Shown here piece after piece: positions 39,001-46,327 of a DNA stretch of 64,000 nucleotides. The stretch comes from a virus. The notes below the pieces were generated by a model. That model had not been told where the DNA came from and made no database searches. It was given only the letters and a program-made list of their open reading frames with translations. The stretch's first letter is position 1. Each line of letters begins with the position of its first letter. The stretch is taken from positions 45,842-109,841 of the IMG/VR virus record IMGVR_UViG_3300032092_000011, one strand, 5' to 3'. The position numbers and the translations under genes are program-made.

Positions 39001-41013
39001 TGCATCAGCAGCGGTTGTATCAACATAAGTACCTATGTATAATTTTCCGGCTGCGTTTTGACTAAAGCCTCCTCCAGAAGCATTGTCAGCATATGCAATG
39101 TGAAAATACGTTGAAACACCATCAGCGCCAGGAGCACCAGGAAGACCATCTGCACCGTCTAAACCATTAGTACCTGGGGCACCTTGTGGGCCAGGAGCTC
39201 CATCTACACCATTAGTACCAGCAGGACCTTGTGGACCGGCAGAAAAACTAACAGCTCCATTAAATGCAACTTGTCCATCGATAATAGAGAATGGAGTTAA
39301 TAATTGTCCATTTGGACCTCCAGTAGATACTTTAAAAGAATCTGCTGTAAATGAAATTGAACTACCTGTTTCATCAGCTCCTAATCTCATTCCAGCAACA
39401 TTACCATCAGCATTTACTTCTAGAGTATATTGTGCATTTACTTTATTAGTAAGAGCATTAATATCAGCACTCATTGATTGAGTTACTCCAGCAGTTTGTT
39501 CTTCTAATTCTGCTATTAAATTAGTTGTTGAAGTTACAGTTGCTTGATTAGCAGTTGCAATTGCTGAATCAATAACTGTTTTAAGAGCAGAAGACTGGCT
39601 AAAACCAGTTATTGATCCATTATCTATTGTATATTGTGCTTCTAGTGTATTTAATCTAGTTACAGTTGCTCCATCACCATTACTTAAAGAAGCAATCTCT
39701 TCACTAATATTTGTTAATGCCTCTGCTCTAATAGCAGCTTCTCCAGCAATTGCTTCAGCAATATCAACTTCGAATTGCGTACCTAAATTAGTAACTGAAA
39801 GAGCAACGGCTTCATTAGCAGTTGTTAATGCGGATATTGAACTTTCAACTCCTGCAATTGCCTGTGTTCTTAAAAGATTTTGATTATCTTCTAGGTCTGT
39901 TAAATCACTTGCAAATGAAGCACTTAAATTAGTTACTGCTTGTGCAGTTGCTGAATTAGCATCATTTAACGTAGTCAATGTTTGATTTATACTGGAAATT
40001 GCTGATGTTCTTGCTTGAGTTTCAATTCCTAAAAGTCGTGCTCTTTCAGCAGCTTCTTCAGCAATAGCACTAACTCTTTCAGCAGCTTCTGCTTCTAAAT
40101 CTTCAATTGTTGCTAATCCAGTTAAATCAGCACCTGGAATTGAACTTACAGCACTTTGAATTGCTGATGTTCTAGCCAATACTTCAGCTGCTAGAGCATT
40201 TTGTCTTGCTAATGCTTCAGTTGAAATTGCTCCAGTAATTTCACTAGTAAAAGATGTGCTTAAATCCGTAACTGATTGCGCAGTTGCTTCATTAGCATTA
40301 GATAGTGAAGTTAAAGTTTGATTAATATCTGAAATTGCAGATATTCTTAATGCTGCTTCAGAACTAACAGCAGCTTCAATTTCAGCTTCAAAAGAAGTAT
40401 TTATATTATTTACTGTTTCGGCAAGAGCTTCATTAGCATTAGATAATGAAGTTATAGTTTGATTTATATTTGAAATTGCAGCTGTTCTTGCTAATGTTTC
40501 AGCGCCAACTGCTGTTTCAATTTCAGCTTCAAAAGAAGTATTTATATTATTTACAGTTTGTGCGAGTGCTGAATTTGAATTAGCTAATGTTGTTAATTGA
40601 CTAGTTACGCTTGTTAATGCTTGTGTTCTAGCTGTTGTTTCTAAACCAATAACTCGGGCTCTTTCAGCTGCTTCTTCTAATAATCTACTATTAGTAACTA
40701 ATTCATTACCATTAACTTGCATATTACCATTAGCCATGCTAATTGAATTTGATCCAAGATAGATTGTGCTGTTACTTAAGTAAATATCTCTAAATCTTAG
40801 AGTTGGCGTACCTAAATCATGAATTTCATTTTGATCAGGTATAATACTAAATGCAACTTGTCCATTAAAAGACGAACCAGTCCCGCCTTCAAAACCATCA
40901 AGTAGTTCAGAAATTTCAGTAAGTTGCTGATTAATTGCAGCAAAATTATCGTTAAGCGTTTTACGCGAATCTTTTATACCATCGGTTCCTAGTAGTGGTG
41001 TTATTGAAGCCAT
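36046..41013 (-). CDS. tail fibre/host-specificity protein (coiled coil, gpJ/DUF1983-like segment, collagen repeats, duplicated domain, C-terminal chaperone-like domain)
   Basis: AQYTLEVNADGNVAGMRLG...FTADSFKV gpJ-like motif, YFHIAYAD repeats, G-X-Y runs, GDLLCSSDVPGYAMK C-terminus. Confidence 0.8.
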   Translation of the reverse strand: MASITPLLGTDGIKDSRKTLNDNFAAINQQLTEISELLDGFEGGTGSSFNGQVAFSIIPDQNEIHDLGTPTLRFRDIYLSNSTIYLGSNSISMANGNMQVNGNELVTNSRLLEEAAERARVIGLETTARTQALTSVTSQLTTLANSNSALAQTVNNINTSFEAEIETAVGAETLARTAAISNINQTITSLSNANEALAETVNNINTSFEAEIEAAVSSEAALRISAISDINQTLTSLSNANEATAQSVTDLSTSFTSEITGAISTEALARQNALAAEVLARTSAIQSAVSSIPGADLTGLATIEDLEAEAAERVSAIAEEAAERARLLGIETQARTSAISSINQTLTTLNDANSATAQAVTNLSASFASDLTDLEDNQNLLRTQAIAGVESSISALTTANEAVALSVTNLGTQFEVDIAEAIAGEAAIRAEALTNISEEIASLSNGDGATVTRLNTLEAQYTIDNGSITGFSQSSALKTVIDSAIATANQATVTSTTNLIAELEEQTAGVTQSMSADINALTNKVNAQYTLEVNADGNVAGMRLGADETGSSISFTADSFKVSTGGPNGQLLTPFSIIDGQVAFNGAVSFSAGPQGPAGTNGVDGAPGPQGAPGTNGLDGADGLPGAPGADGVSTYFHIAYADNASGGGFSQNAAGKLYIGTYVDTTAADAPSGSTLWKWQLVKGADGANGENGLPGVNGVDGQTSYLHIAYANKNGSNQIIDFSVSDPTGREYMGTYTDFTEADSTDSSLYNWVLVKGADGVDGADGADGSAGANARAVNLTCVDQVFVYDASGTNPSPVSSVITAAALNTSGTVYYQFFKNDVSVQNGTASTYTYTPQSSFASMPDKIEVQIREGGTTGTVLARDQITMSGIKPGTNGTDGTDGRDGVDGVNGIDGAPGTDGMTVILSNEAHTLPTTNTGTVTYAGSGTTIRLYEGATELVYDGSGSTAGKWTLTRTGSSITPGSITDSGNYATIGDHSNMTANVASIVYAITGKRANGTSFSFTKTQSFAKSIQGANGVDGADGADGAAGANARAVNLTCVDQVFVYNTSGTTPSPTSTTITAAALNTSGTVYYQFFKNDVSVQNGTSTTYTYTPQSSFDSMPDKIEVQIREGGTTGTVLARDQITMSGIKPGTNGTNGANGTNGTNGRDGVDGVNGRDGVDGVNGIDGAPGTDGMTVILSNEAHTLPTTSAGVVTYTGSGTTIRLYEGATELIYDGSGTSASRWTLTRTGSSITPGSITDSGNYATIGDHNNMTANTASITYTISGKRANGASFSFTKTQSFAKSIQGATGPQGPAPDTSQFLTTSTTIDGGKITTGIIKNGNFPANHTSAWNTYSTAGMGINLDLGAINAKNFYIAPDGTAAFKGDIDITSGATVGGSPMNDFFEVDIVEDPELGARQMLKMRNDAYIGTTRFGAFKTDFESTKTNFIQYQQDFELLADDYVNYRGGTDPREQPYGEAIATTLSHQYTKRNDVILEVGDLVKLDGNNELVKASSAKDPAIVGILWQEVDFSIQESPLDRFLINGKDTSEKDYQYRDSFGNKIPLADRNQKSIWRVASLGDSFDAKTGLQGIKVCNQNGPVLKGDLLCSSDVPGYAMKQPVEYVIIGFDNGTPQYEERQTINSFTLGKCMEDCTFDSEGKATGIYGYLYCG
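37142..38694. repeat. near-identical tandem duplication of about 750 bp inside the tail fibre gene
   Basis: Copies at about 37142-37917 and 37964-38694 encoding GANARAVNLTCVDQVF...TQSFAKSIQ. Confidence 0.85.
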
Positions 41014-41064
41014 TTCTTAGTTATTTTATATTTTAAATATCGTATTATATATTTAGTTTTTTTG

Positions 41065-41149
41065 CGGAAGCTACAGGATTCGAACCTGTGGGACCGTGAA
41101 GTCCGCCACTTTAGCAAAGTGGCACGATAGACCGCTCTGACAAACTTCC
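41065..41149 (-). tRNA. tRNA-Ser(GCT)
   Basis: CCACT-TTGCTAA-AGTGG, long variable arm. Confidence 0.9.
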
Positions 41150-41151
41150 AA

Positions 41152-41228
41152 TGGGGTGACCAGTGGGGATCGAACCCACGACAACTAGAACCACAATCTA
41201 GTGCTCTACCAACTGAGCTATGGCCACC
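41152..41228 (-). tRNA. tRNA-His(GTG)
   Basis: CTAGA-TTGTGGT-TCTAG, G-1:C73, encoded CCA. Confidence 0.92.
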
Positions 41229-41233
41229 ATGTG

Positions 41234-41308
41234 TTGCGAGACCGGGACTCGAACCCGGAACTTCGGCTTATGAGACCGACGAGATAACCATTTTCTACGC
41301 ATCTCGCA
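41234..41308 (-). tRNA. tRNA-Met(CAT), atypical D-arm
   Basis: TCGGT-CTCATAA-GCCGA; canonical T-arm. Confidence 0.75.
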
Positions 41309-41316
41309 ATATAATA

Positions 41317-41443
41317 AAAAGAGGTTTCGGGTCTTTCAGGGTTACTGATTATTAATGTTAAGGAGATGGGTGCACTGTCTACTCTAAACCCTTTTTCGAC
41401 CTTTTTCCATCTAATTAATAATTACAGCTTCACTACCTCTTTT
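41317..41443 (-). ncRNA. pseudoknotted ncRNA candidate
   Basis: AGAGGT/ACCTCT, ATTATTAAT/ATTAATAAT, AGATGG/CCATCT, crossing AGGGTT/AACCCT and GGTC/GACC. Confidence 0.55.
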
Positions 41444-41446
41444 TTG

Positions 41447-41518
41447 TAGTCAATAAAGGATTCGAACCCTTATCTCTTGATCCGTAGTCAAGTGTTCTAT
41501 CCGTTGAACTAATCGACT
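41447..41518 (-). tRNA. tRNA-Arg(ACG)
   Basis: CTTGA-CTACGGA-TCAAG. Confidence 0.88.
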
Positions 41519-41526
41519 AAATTATG

Positions 41527-41600
41527 TGGACCAGCCTGGGCTCGAACCAGGGACCTACGCATTATGAGTGCGGTGCTCTAACCAACTGAGCTACAAGTCC
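41527..41600 (-). tRNA. tRNA with CAT anticodon, probably Ile2 (lysidine), possibly elongator Met
   Basis: CGCA-CTCATAA-TGCG; body resembles bacterial Ile2. Confidence 0.8.
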
Positions 41601-41606
41601 ATTTTG

Positions 41607-41677
41607 CACGGGTGGAGAGATTCGAACTCCCATCGACGGTTTTGGAGACCGGAATGCTACCATTGCACCACACCCGT
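41607..41677 (-). tRNA. tRNA-Trp(CCA)
   Basis: CGGT-CTCCAAA-ACCG; G73. Confidence 0.9.
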
Positions 41678-41681
41678 AAAT

Positions 41682-41818
41682 TAAGGAAAAGAGAAGATGG
41701 TTCAGTGGACATCTCTTTTTACAATCGGCTTTACTTTGGTTTATACCTGCAAACTCCGATAATAACGATCAGTATAAACTCTTGAATCATAGTTATTATC
41801 ATTCCCCGATTAACCTTA
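41682..41818 (-). ncRNA. H-type pseudoknot ncRNA candidate
   Basis: AATCGG/CCGATT enclosing crossed GATAATAAC/GTTATTATC and GTTTATAC/GTATAAAC, then an AAAAGAGA/TCTCTTTT hairpin. Confidence 0.55.
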
Positions 41819-41819
41819 G

Positions 41820-41901
41820 TGCCTGCAGAAGGACTCGAACCTCCGAACCCGTAAGGGAGCTGATTTACAGTCAGCTGCAATTGCCGCTATGCGATACAGG
41901 C
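41820..41901 (-). tRNA. tRNA-Tyr(GTA)
   Basis: GCTGA-CTGTAAA-TCAGC, long variable arm. Confidence 0.92.
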
Positions 41902-41973
41902 AAATTCCAATTTTGATGGGCTCATCTGATAATATGTTTCAATTACCCAGCACTTGAGATTGGGAACTCCTAG

Positions 41974-42048
41974 TACATCTTGAAGGATTCGAACCTCCGA
42001 CCCTCTCGGTGTAAACGAGATGCTCTAAACCAACTGAGCTAAAGATGC
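41974..42048 (-). tRNA. tRNA-Val(TAC)
   Basis: TCTCG-TTTACAC-CGAGA. Confidence 0.9.
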
Positions 42049-42053
42049 ATGGC

Positions 42054-42147
42054 GCTTCATATTATTCACAATTGATAATCATATTGGATTATCCACTCAA
42101 ACTTACGACAGCTTTTAACTGAGAGATCGTAAGATTGTGTATGAAGC
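42054..42147 (-). ncRNA. three-way-junction ncRNA candidate
   Basis: GCTTCATA/TATGAAGC, CACAAT/ATTGTG, CTTACGA/TCGTAAG, GATAATC/GATTATC. Confidence 0.5.
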
Positions 42148-42152
42148 ATGTG

Positions 42153-42226
42153 TGACCCCGACAAGATTCGAACTTGTGACTCCCTCATTAAAAGTGAGGT
42201 GCTCTAGCCAACTGAGCTACGAGGTC
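42153..42226 (-). tRNA. tRNA-Lys(TTT)
   Basis: CCTCA-CTTTTAA-TGAGG. Confidence 0.92.
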
Positions 42227-42320
42227 AAATTTCGTCTTTTCCTTACCGCTTACTATTCACATTGCCAGTCCGAAGTTACTGTCGGATGCTTACTTCTTTC
42301 GAAGAGTCAATAGTACATTG

Positions 42321-42392
42321 AGCAGGTAGAGAGAATCGAACTCTCATCTCCAGATTGGAAGTCTGGAGTAATAGCCGTTATACGATACCTGC
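42321..42392 (-). tRNA. tRNA-Gly(TCC)
   Basis: CCAGA-CTTCCAA-TCTGG. Confidence 0.9.
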
Positions 42393-42398
42393 TTGTTG

Positions 42399-42474
42399 TC
42401 GGATAGGCAAGATTCGAACTTGCGTGCTCTGCATCCCAAATGCAGCGAGATAAACCTAACTCCTCTACTATCCG
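42399..42474 (-). tRNA. tRNA-Pro(TGG)
   Basis: CTGCA-TTTGGGA-TGCAG. Confidence 0.88.
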
Positions 42475-42483
42475 TTTATTTTG

Positions 42484-42556
42484 TGGTGCGGGGCAGGATC
42501 GAACTGCCGACACCAGGATTTTCAGTCCTGTGCTCTACCTACTGAGCTACCGCACC
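42484..42556 (-). tRNA. tRNA-Phe(GAA)
   Basis: CAGGA-CTGAAAA-TCCTG. Confidence 0.92.
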
Positions 42557-42562
42557 AAGTTG

Positions 42563-42632
42563 AGTACAAGGTTGGAATCGAACCAACTCCGCAGATTTTG
42601 CAGACCTGCTGGCCTCCAAGACCAACTCGTAC
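42563..42632 (-). tRNA. tRNA-Cys(GCA)
   Basis: CAGGT-CTGCAAA-ATCTG; U73; short D-arm. Confidence 0.8.
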
Positions 42633-42645
42633 TTTTTTTGCCAAT

Positions 42646-42657
42646 ATGTCAAAGAAC
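42646..42657 (-). promoter_or_regulatory. boxA-like antitermination site
   Basis: GTTCTTTGACAT just before the first tRNA; identical copy at 28829-28840. Confidence 0.5.
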
Positions 42658-42673
42658 TCTTGTTCCTAAAACT

Positions 42674-42726
42674 TTATGCTAATATAAACAAAAAGTTTCA
42701 AATAAAAAAATATTTCAAAAACTTTT
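42674..42726 (-). promoter_or_regulatory. class A promoter variant upstream of the tRNA array
   Basis: TTGTTTATATTAGCATA. Confidence 0.5.
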
Positions 42727-42742
42727 TCACTTTCACCTAAAT

Positions 42743-42774
42743 AAAAAAAGCTCGACTTTTAACGGTCGAGCTTT
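42743..42774 (-). terminator. intrinsic terminator (putative attenuator)
   Basis: AAAGCTCGAC-CGTTAAAA-GTCGAGCTTTTTTT. Confidence 0.85.
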
Positions 42775-42803
42775 CTTGTTAGGATATATGAATATTCAAA
42801 CTG

Positions 42804-42896
42804 TTACAAGAGAGCCCGCCCACGATCACATGCGCCATACGGTTTAACGCTAAACCATAAATTCATGTTTTCGATATGTTGCCCTATTCGTTGCAT
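42804..42896 (-). CDS. putative attenuator leader peptide MQRIGQHIENMNLWFSVKPYGACDRGRALL
   Basis: 30 codons, 19 of 20 amino acids; its 3' end is complementary to the 5' arm of the downstream terminator. Confidence 0.7.
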   Translation of the reverse strand: MQRIGQHIENMNLWFSVKPYGACDRGRALL

Positions 42897-42916
42897 TAGT
42901 TTGTTATTTTTGTAGT

Positions 42917-42944
42917 ATTATAATCTATATATCGGTATTGTTTC
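42917..42944 (-). promoter_or_regulatory. class B promoter GAAACAA-N15-TATAAT driving the leader peptide
   Basis: Exact motif, with GATATATAG inside the spacer. Confidence 0.65.
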
Positions 42945-42949
42945 AAAAA

Positions 42950-43168
42950 TTATTGATTTTTATCAAATTTTTTACAATCAATTTTTCCTACTTCCTGATA
43001 AGCTTGAAATAAGAGTGTTAAAGCTTCATCGACTTTGGTCGAAACTTCTTTCTCTAGCTTACATACTGGATGCTGTAATATATGGTCATCTATTGTACTC
43101 ATAATTACATGAAGTCGATCCAGCATTTCATGATAATGAAATTTATCTAATTTATCTTTTACACTCAT
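42950..43168 (-). CDS. hypothetical protein
   Basis: 72-aa ORF. Confidence 0.55.
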   Translation of the reverse strand: MSVKDKLDKFHYHEMLDRLHVIMSTIDDHILQHPVCKLEKEVSTKVDEALTLLFQAYQEVGKIDCKKFDKNQ

Positions 43169-43863
43169 ATAAATGAATCTAGTGTTACTATTTTAAGACC
43201 GCATAATTTATCGCAAATTTCTCTAGAAAAATCTTGATCTGATTGATAGTGAATTCCGCCTTGTACTCTAGTGTGTGCAACTTTATCACAAAACTCTGCA
43301 ATTTTTTCTGCATGTTCTGGATATTTTTGACCAAGAATAGAAGCAATCATATATGAATCAAGAGCATGTCCACTTGGGTACGATGCAGTTGCAGCATTAG
43401 TCGGGCAAACTTGAAACATTCCAATTCCTAAAGGTCTTGCTAATTGCCATGGTCTTGCTCTATTATAATAATTCTTTAATTTATAAAGAAGAGGATCTGT
43501 AAAATCTGCGATTTTCTTTATTAAATCTTCATTGTCATCTAAACCTAACTCTTCTAGAAATTCGCCAATCACTTCATTAATATCTTTTTCAACATCTTCA
43601 ATTAACTCAATATCTTTATCAGTTAAATTATTTTGTTGTTTTAAAATGCTTTGTAATTCTTCAGCAGCTTCTGGACTTGAATTCTTTGGAAAAGGCTTGT
43701 TAAAGAATTCTTCTAAGATTCCTTTTTCACGACACATCTTCATAACAAGAGGTTCTTCTTCAACCATATATGTTTTACGATGTTTTAATGCTTCATTACC
43801 ATAACCAAGCATATCAATTTGGTTAAAGTCAGCAAACTCATTATATGATTTAATTTTTGCCAT
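43165..43863 (-). CDS. PAP2-family acid phosphatase with CTS-like start
   Basis: KNYYNRARP, SYPSGH, RVQGGIHYQSD; starts MAKIKSYNEF. Confidence 0.85.
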   Translation of the reverse strand: MAKIKSYNEFADFNQIDMLGYGNEALKHRKTYMVEEEPLVMKMCREKGILEEFFNKPFPKNSSPEAAEELQSILKQQNNLTDKDIELIEDVEKDINEVIGEFLEELGLDDNEDLIKKIADFTDPLLYKLKNYYNRARPWQLARPLGIGMFQVCPTNAATASYPSGHALDSYMIASILGQKYPEHAEKIAEFCDKVAHTRVQGGIHYQSDQDFSREICDKLCGLKIVTLDSFI

Positions 43864-44359
43864 TTTTAATCTTCTTTGTTATTTTTTTAAGACCTTCGTT
43901 CATAATACGATTCTGCTCTGTTAAAGTTTCATCAATTTGAATAATTGTTCGTTGCGATGATTCCATTTTAAGAACCCTTTCATCTCCTTCAGAACCTTCA
44001 TCTATTATATTAGTTTTTTGAAGATTTGTTTTATTTGGTACCTTACAATTTGCTGCAGTTCTTTGTAAATCTTCAATCATTTTTAAAATTTCTTGCTCTC
44101 TTTGAAATACTCTATCAGTGCATTCAATTTGTGTTTCTTGAACTCGTAGATTAAGGTCTGACACTTCTTTTCTAAGTTGATTAATCTCATTAGCCTTTTC
44201 GGTTAATTGAGTCTTTAGCTCAGTATCGTCATACGTTAGTGAAGAAACTATTTTGGGACCAACTGTAATAAAAGTTATTGACAATAATAAAATACACAAG
44301 GCCAGTATTCTCTGACCCTGTGTAAACTTACTTAATATTTGTGATATGTACTTAAACAT
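43850..44359 (-). CDS. membrane-anchored coiled-coil protein (spanin-like candidate)
   Basis: N-terminal TM helix, long coiled coil, next to a muralytic candidate. Confidence 0.45.
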   Translation of the reverse strand: MFKYISQILSKFTQGQRILALCILLLSITFITVGPKIVSSLTYDDTELKTQLTEKANEINQLRKEVSDLNLRVQETQIECTDRVFQREQEILKMIEDLQRTAANCKVPNKTNLQKTNIIDEGSEGDERVLKMESSQRTIIQIDETLTEQNRIMNEGLKKITKKIKNGKN

Positions 44360-44949
44360 TATTTAATATCACTTGATTCAATCAATGTATAAGTGAATGA
44401 CTTACCATGGATTGCAGCTGCTTTTCTACAAATTGCCATAAATGATTCAAAATCTGCAGCTTTTTTAAATACTTGACATCCTTCTGACCAGTTTTCAACA
44501 TAAGTCGAATCAGCGCCAGCTTTGTGAATATTAATACCGAAGATACCTTCTTGAATTTTAGACTCATCATAAGTCATATCTCTATTTGGATCACGATAAA
44601 CTTTTACGGGTTTTTGTTGCTTAAGAGCTTCATATTTACCTTGGTGTAAACCTAAAGTATGCGAACCTCTATATTGACCTTCAACTAATCTAGCAACACC
44701 AGCAGCATTATGATATTCTTTAACACCTTTAGTTCCTGGATCTGTTGTACAAGGCCAGAAATGGAATTTCCATGCGCCGCCTTCTTTATATGAAACAGTC
44801 ATAATGTCATCAAATACATTGGTAACTTTATTTCCCGTAGCTGAATTTCTAACTCCTACGATATTAACATCGAAATCTTTGGCACCTTCAAACCACGCAT
44901 ATCCTTTTGCTTTTACCGCGGCTTCGATTTGTTCTCTTGTGTAACTCAT
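44359..44949 (-). CDS. putative cell-wall peptidase (L,D-transpeptidase-like His/Cys motif)
   Basis: TTDPG, GINIHKAG...WSEGCQV. Confidence 0.55.
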   Translation of the reverse strand: MSYTREQIEAAVKAKGYAWFEGAKDFDVNIVGVRNSATGNKVTNVFDDIMTVSYKEGGAWKFHFWPCTTDPGTKGVKEYHNAAGVARLVEGQYRGSHTLGLHQGKYEALKQQKPVKVYRDPNRDMTYDESKIQEGIFGINIHKAGADSTYVENWSEGCQVFKKAADFESFMAICRKAAAIHGKSFTYTLIESSDIK

Positions 44950-44986
44950 AACTAATTATTATTTTTATTTTAGGATATTTATTCTT

Positions 44987-45394
44987 TTATATTGTTGAAT
45001 AATTAAGCATTGTATTAGACCCAGAATCTACAATTTTAAGTCCTTCATTTCGGTCAATAAATAACCATTCACAATCAGTTAAATCAAATTTATTTAGATG
45101 GTCAATAACTTCTGATACTTCAAAACACGAACATGAGTAAATATCAAATTGAAACATTGCTGGATCTTGTTTATCCCAAACATGTATTGCAGCATGTGAT
45201 GTTGCTAATGTTACTGTTCCGGTAATTCCTTCATTTCCAGGTTCATCTACATAAACAGAAGTTGGACCTGCAACTACTACCATTCTTACTTTTTTAACTA
45301 GTTCTCTAAACCAATTGTTTAAAACTTCTTCTGATTTTGGTGGGTTTTTCATGTGACCTTTTACTAAAAGGTGTAAATGATTTGGCGTAAACAT
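44987..45394 (-). CDS. speD: S-adenosylmethionine decarboxylase proenzyme
   Basis: GITGTVTLATSHAAIHVW, FDIYSC. Confidence 0.8.
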   Translation of the reverse strand: MFTPNHLHLLVKGHMKNPPKSEEVLNNWFRELVKKVRMVVVAGPTSVYVDEPGNEGITGTVTLATSHAAIHVWDKQDPAMFQFDIYSCSCFEVSEVIDHLNKFDLTDCEWLFIDRNEGLKIVDSGSNTMLNYSTI

Positions 45395-45443
45395 AAATGC
45401 TATACTAAGTTTTCTTTTATATATTTGTCGACGTAGTATGATA

Positions 45444-45896
45444 TTATTGATGTTTGATTATCTGATTTACTGCATTTAAGAATAACCAATCTTCGACATT
45501 TTCTAATTTACATAAAAAATTATATTCATACACGTATGCATCATGTTCTTCCTTTTTCTCTGTTAATTTAATCTTAGCTCTCCAAACATATAGGTGGTAT
45601 GATTCGTGAACCAGGATGGCCGCAATATTATTAATTGAATTCATATTCATATCTCTAACAGTGATTGCTATTGTACTCGGAAGTTTCGTCGTTGAATGGT
45701 CACCAATAATAAATTCAACCTCTTTACAATGGTCAATTAATAATTTATAAGCATTTGAATCTTTCTCTTTAATTAGAGAAATGGCTGAATCTACCTTAGA
45801 TTTCCAGCCATCTCCAACATCATCGATTTTGATTTGTCCAAAAAGAGTATTTGTGATTAATAAGAATACGAATATTAAGGCATTTTGGTAACGCAT
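45444..45896 (-). CDS. secreted HExxH metallopeptidase-like protein
   Basis: Signal peptide; ILVHESYH...EE. Confidence 0.55.
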   Translation of the reverse strand: MRYQNALIFVFLLITNTLFGQIKIDDVGDGWKSKVDSAISLIKEKDSNAYKLLIDHCKEVEFIIGDHSTTKLPSTIAITVRDMNMNSINNIAAILVHESYHLYVWRAKIKLTEKKEEHDAYVYEYNFLCKLENVEDWLFLNAVNQIIKHQ

Positions 45897-46327
45897 TGTT
45901 CAATAGCTCTTTTTAACGCGTTTGATACTGTCATTTTTGAGAATGGAACTTTACCATCAACGAGTTCAATCATTACTGCTCGAACTTCAGTTTCAGACTC
46001 TCCAAATCCTTCATATTTTTGGCCTTTATAATAGAATCTAACACCAACTTGAGTTACTTGATTAGTTTTTTCAACTCCTGCAATTCTAATAGTTGTTTTA
46101 GGAATTCCAAAATAAAATACTTCAATTTTAACTGGTTCCCCTTTTTCTGACAAACAATATTTTGCTGATAACATGTCTTCAGCAATTTGCTCAATACCAA
46201 ATTTAATATCTCTATTGCCAAGTTCTCTTAATTTTGCAGTTGAATAAACTGTGTCTATTTTAACACATTCTTGCGAGAATACAAAAACTGGCATTAAAAA
46301 TAATATAATTAATAATAAATTTTTCAT
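45875..46327 (-). CDS. secreted protein (short CsgG-like fold candidate)
   Basis: Signal peptide ending FSQ; TQVGVRF...GFGESET parallels the TRLGLQVRF...GLGEAKT segment of 49666..50433. Confidence 0.5.
   Translation of the reverse strand: MKNLLLIILFLMPVFVFSQECVKIDTVYSTAKLRELGNRDIKFGIEQIAEDMLSAKYCLSEKGEPVKIEVFYFGIPKTTIRIAGVEKTNQVTQVGVRFYYKGQKYEGFGESETEVRAVMIELVDGKVPFSKMTVSNALKRAIEQCVTKMP

Noticed and set aside
41330-41345. Hammerhead ribozyme suggested by CTGAAAGA...GAAAC
   Set aside because: The CUGANGA core and stem II geometry do not fit; kept as an unknown structured RNA.
42307-42682. ORFs 42307..42513, 42440..42682 and 42481..42669
   Set aside because: Made of tRNA-Gly, Pro, Phe and Cys sequence.
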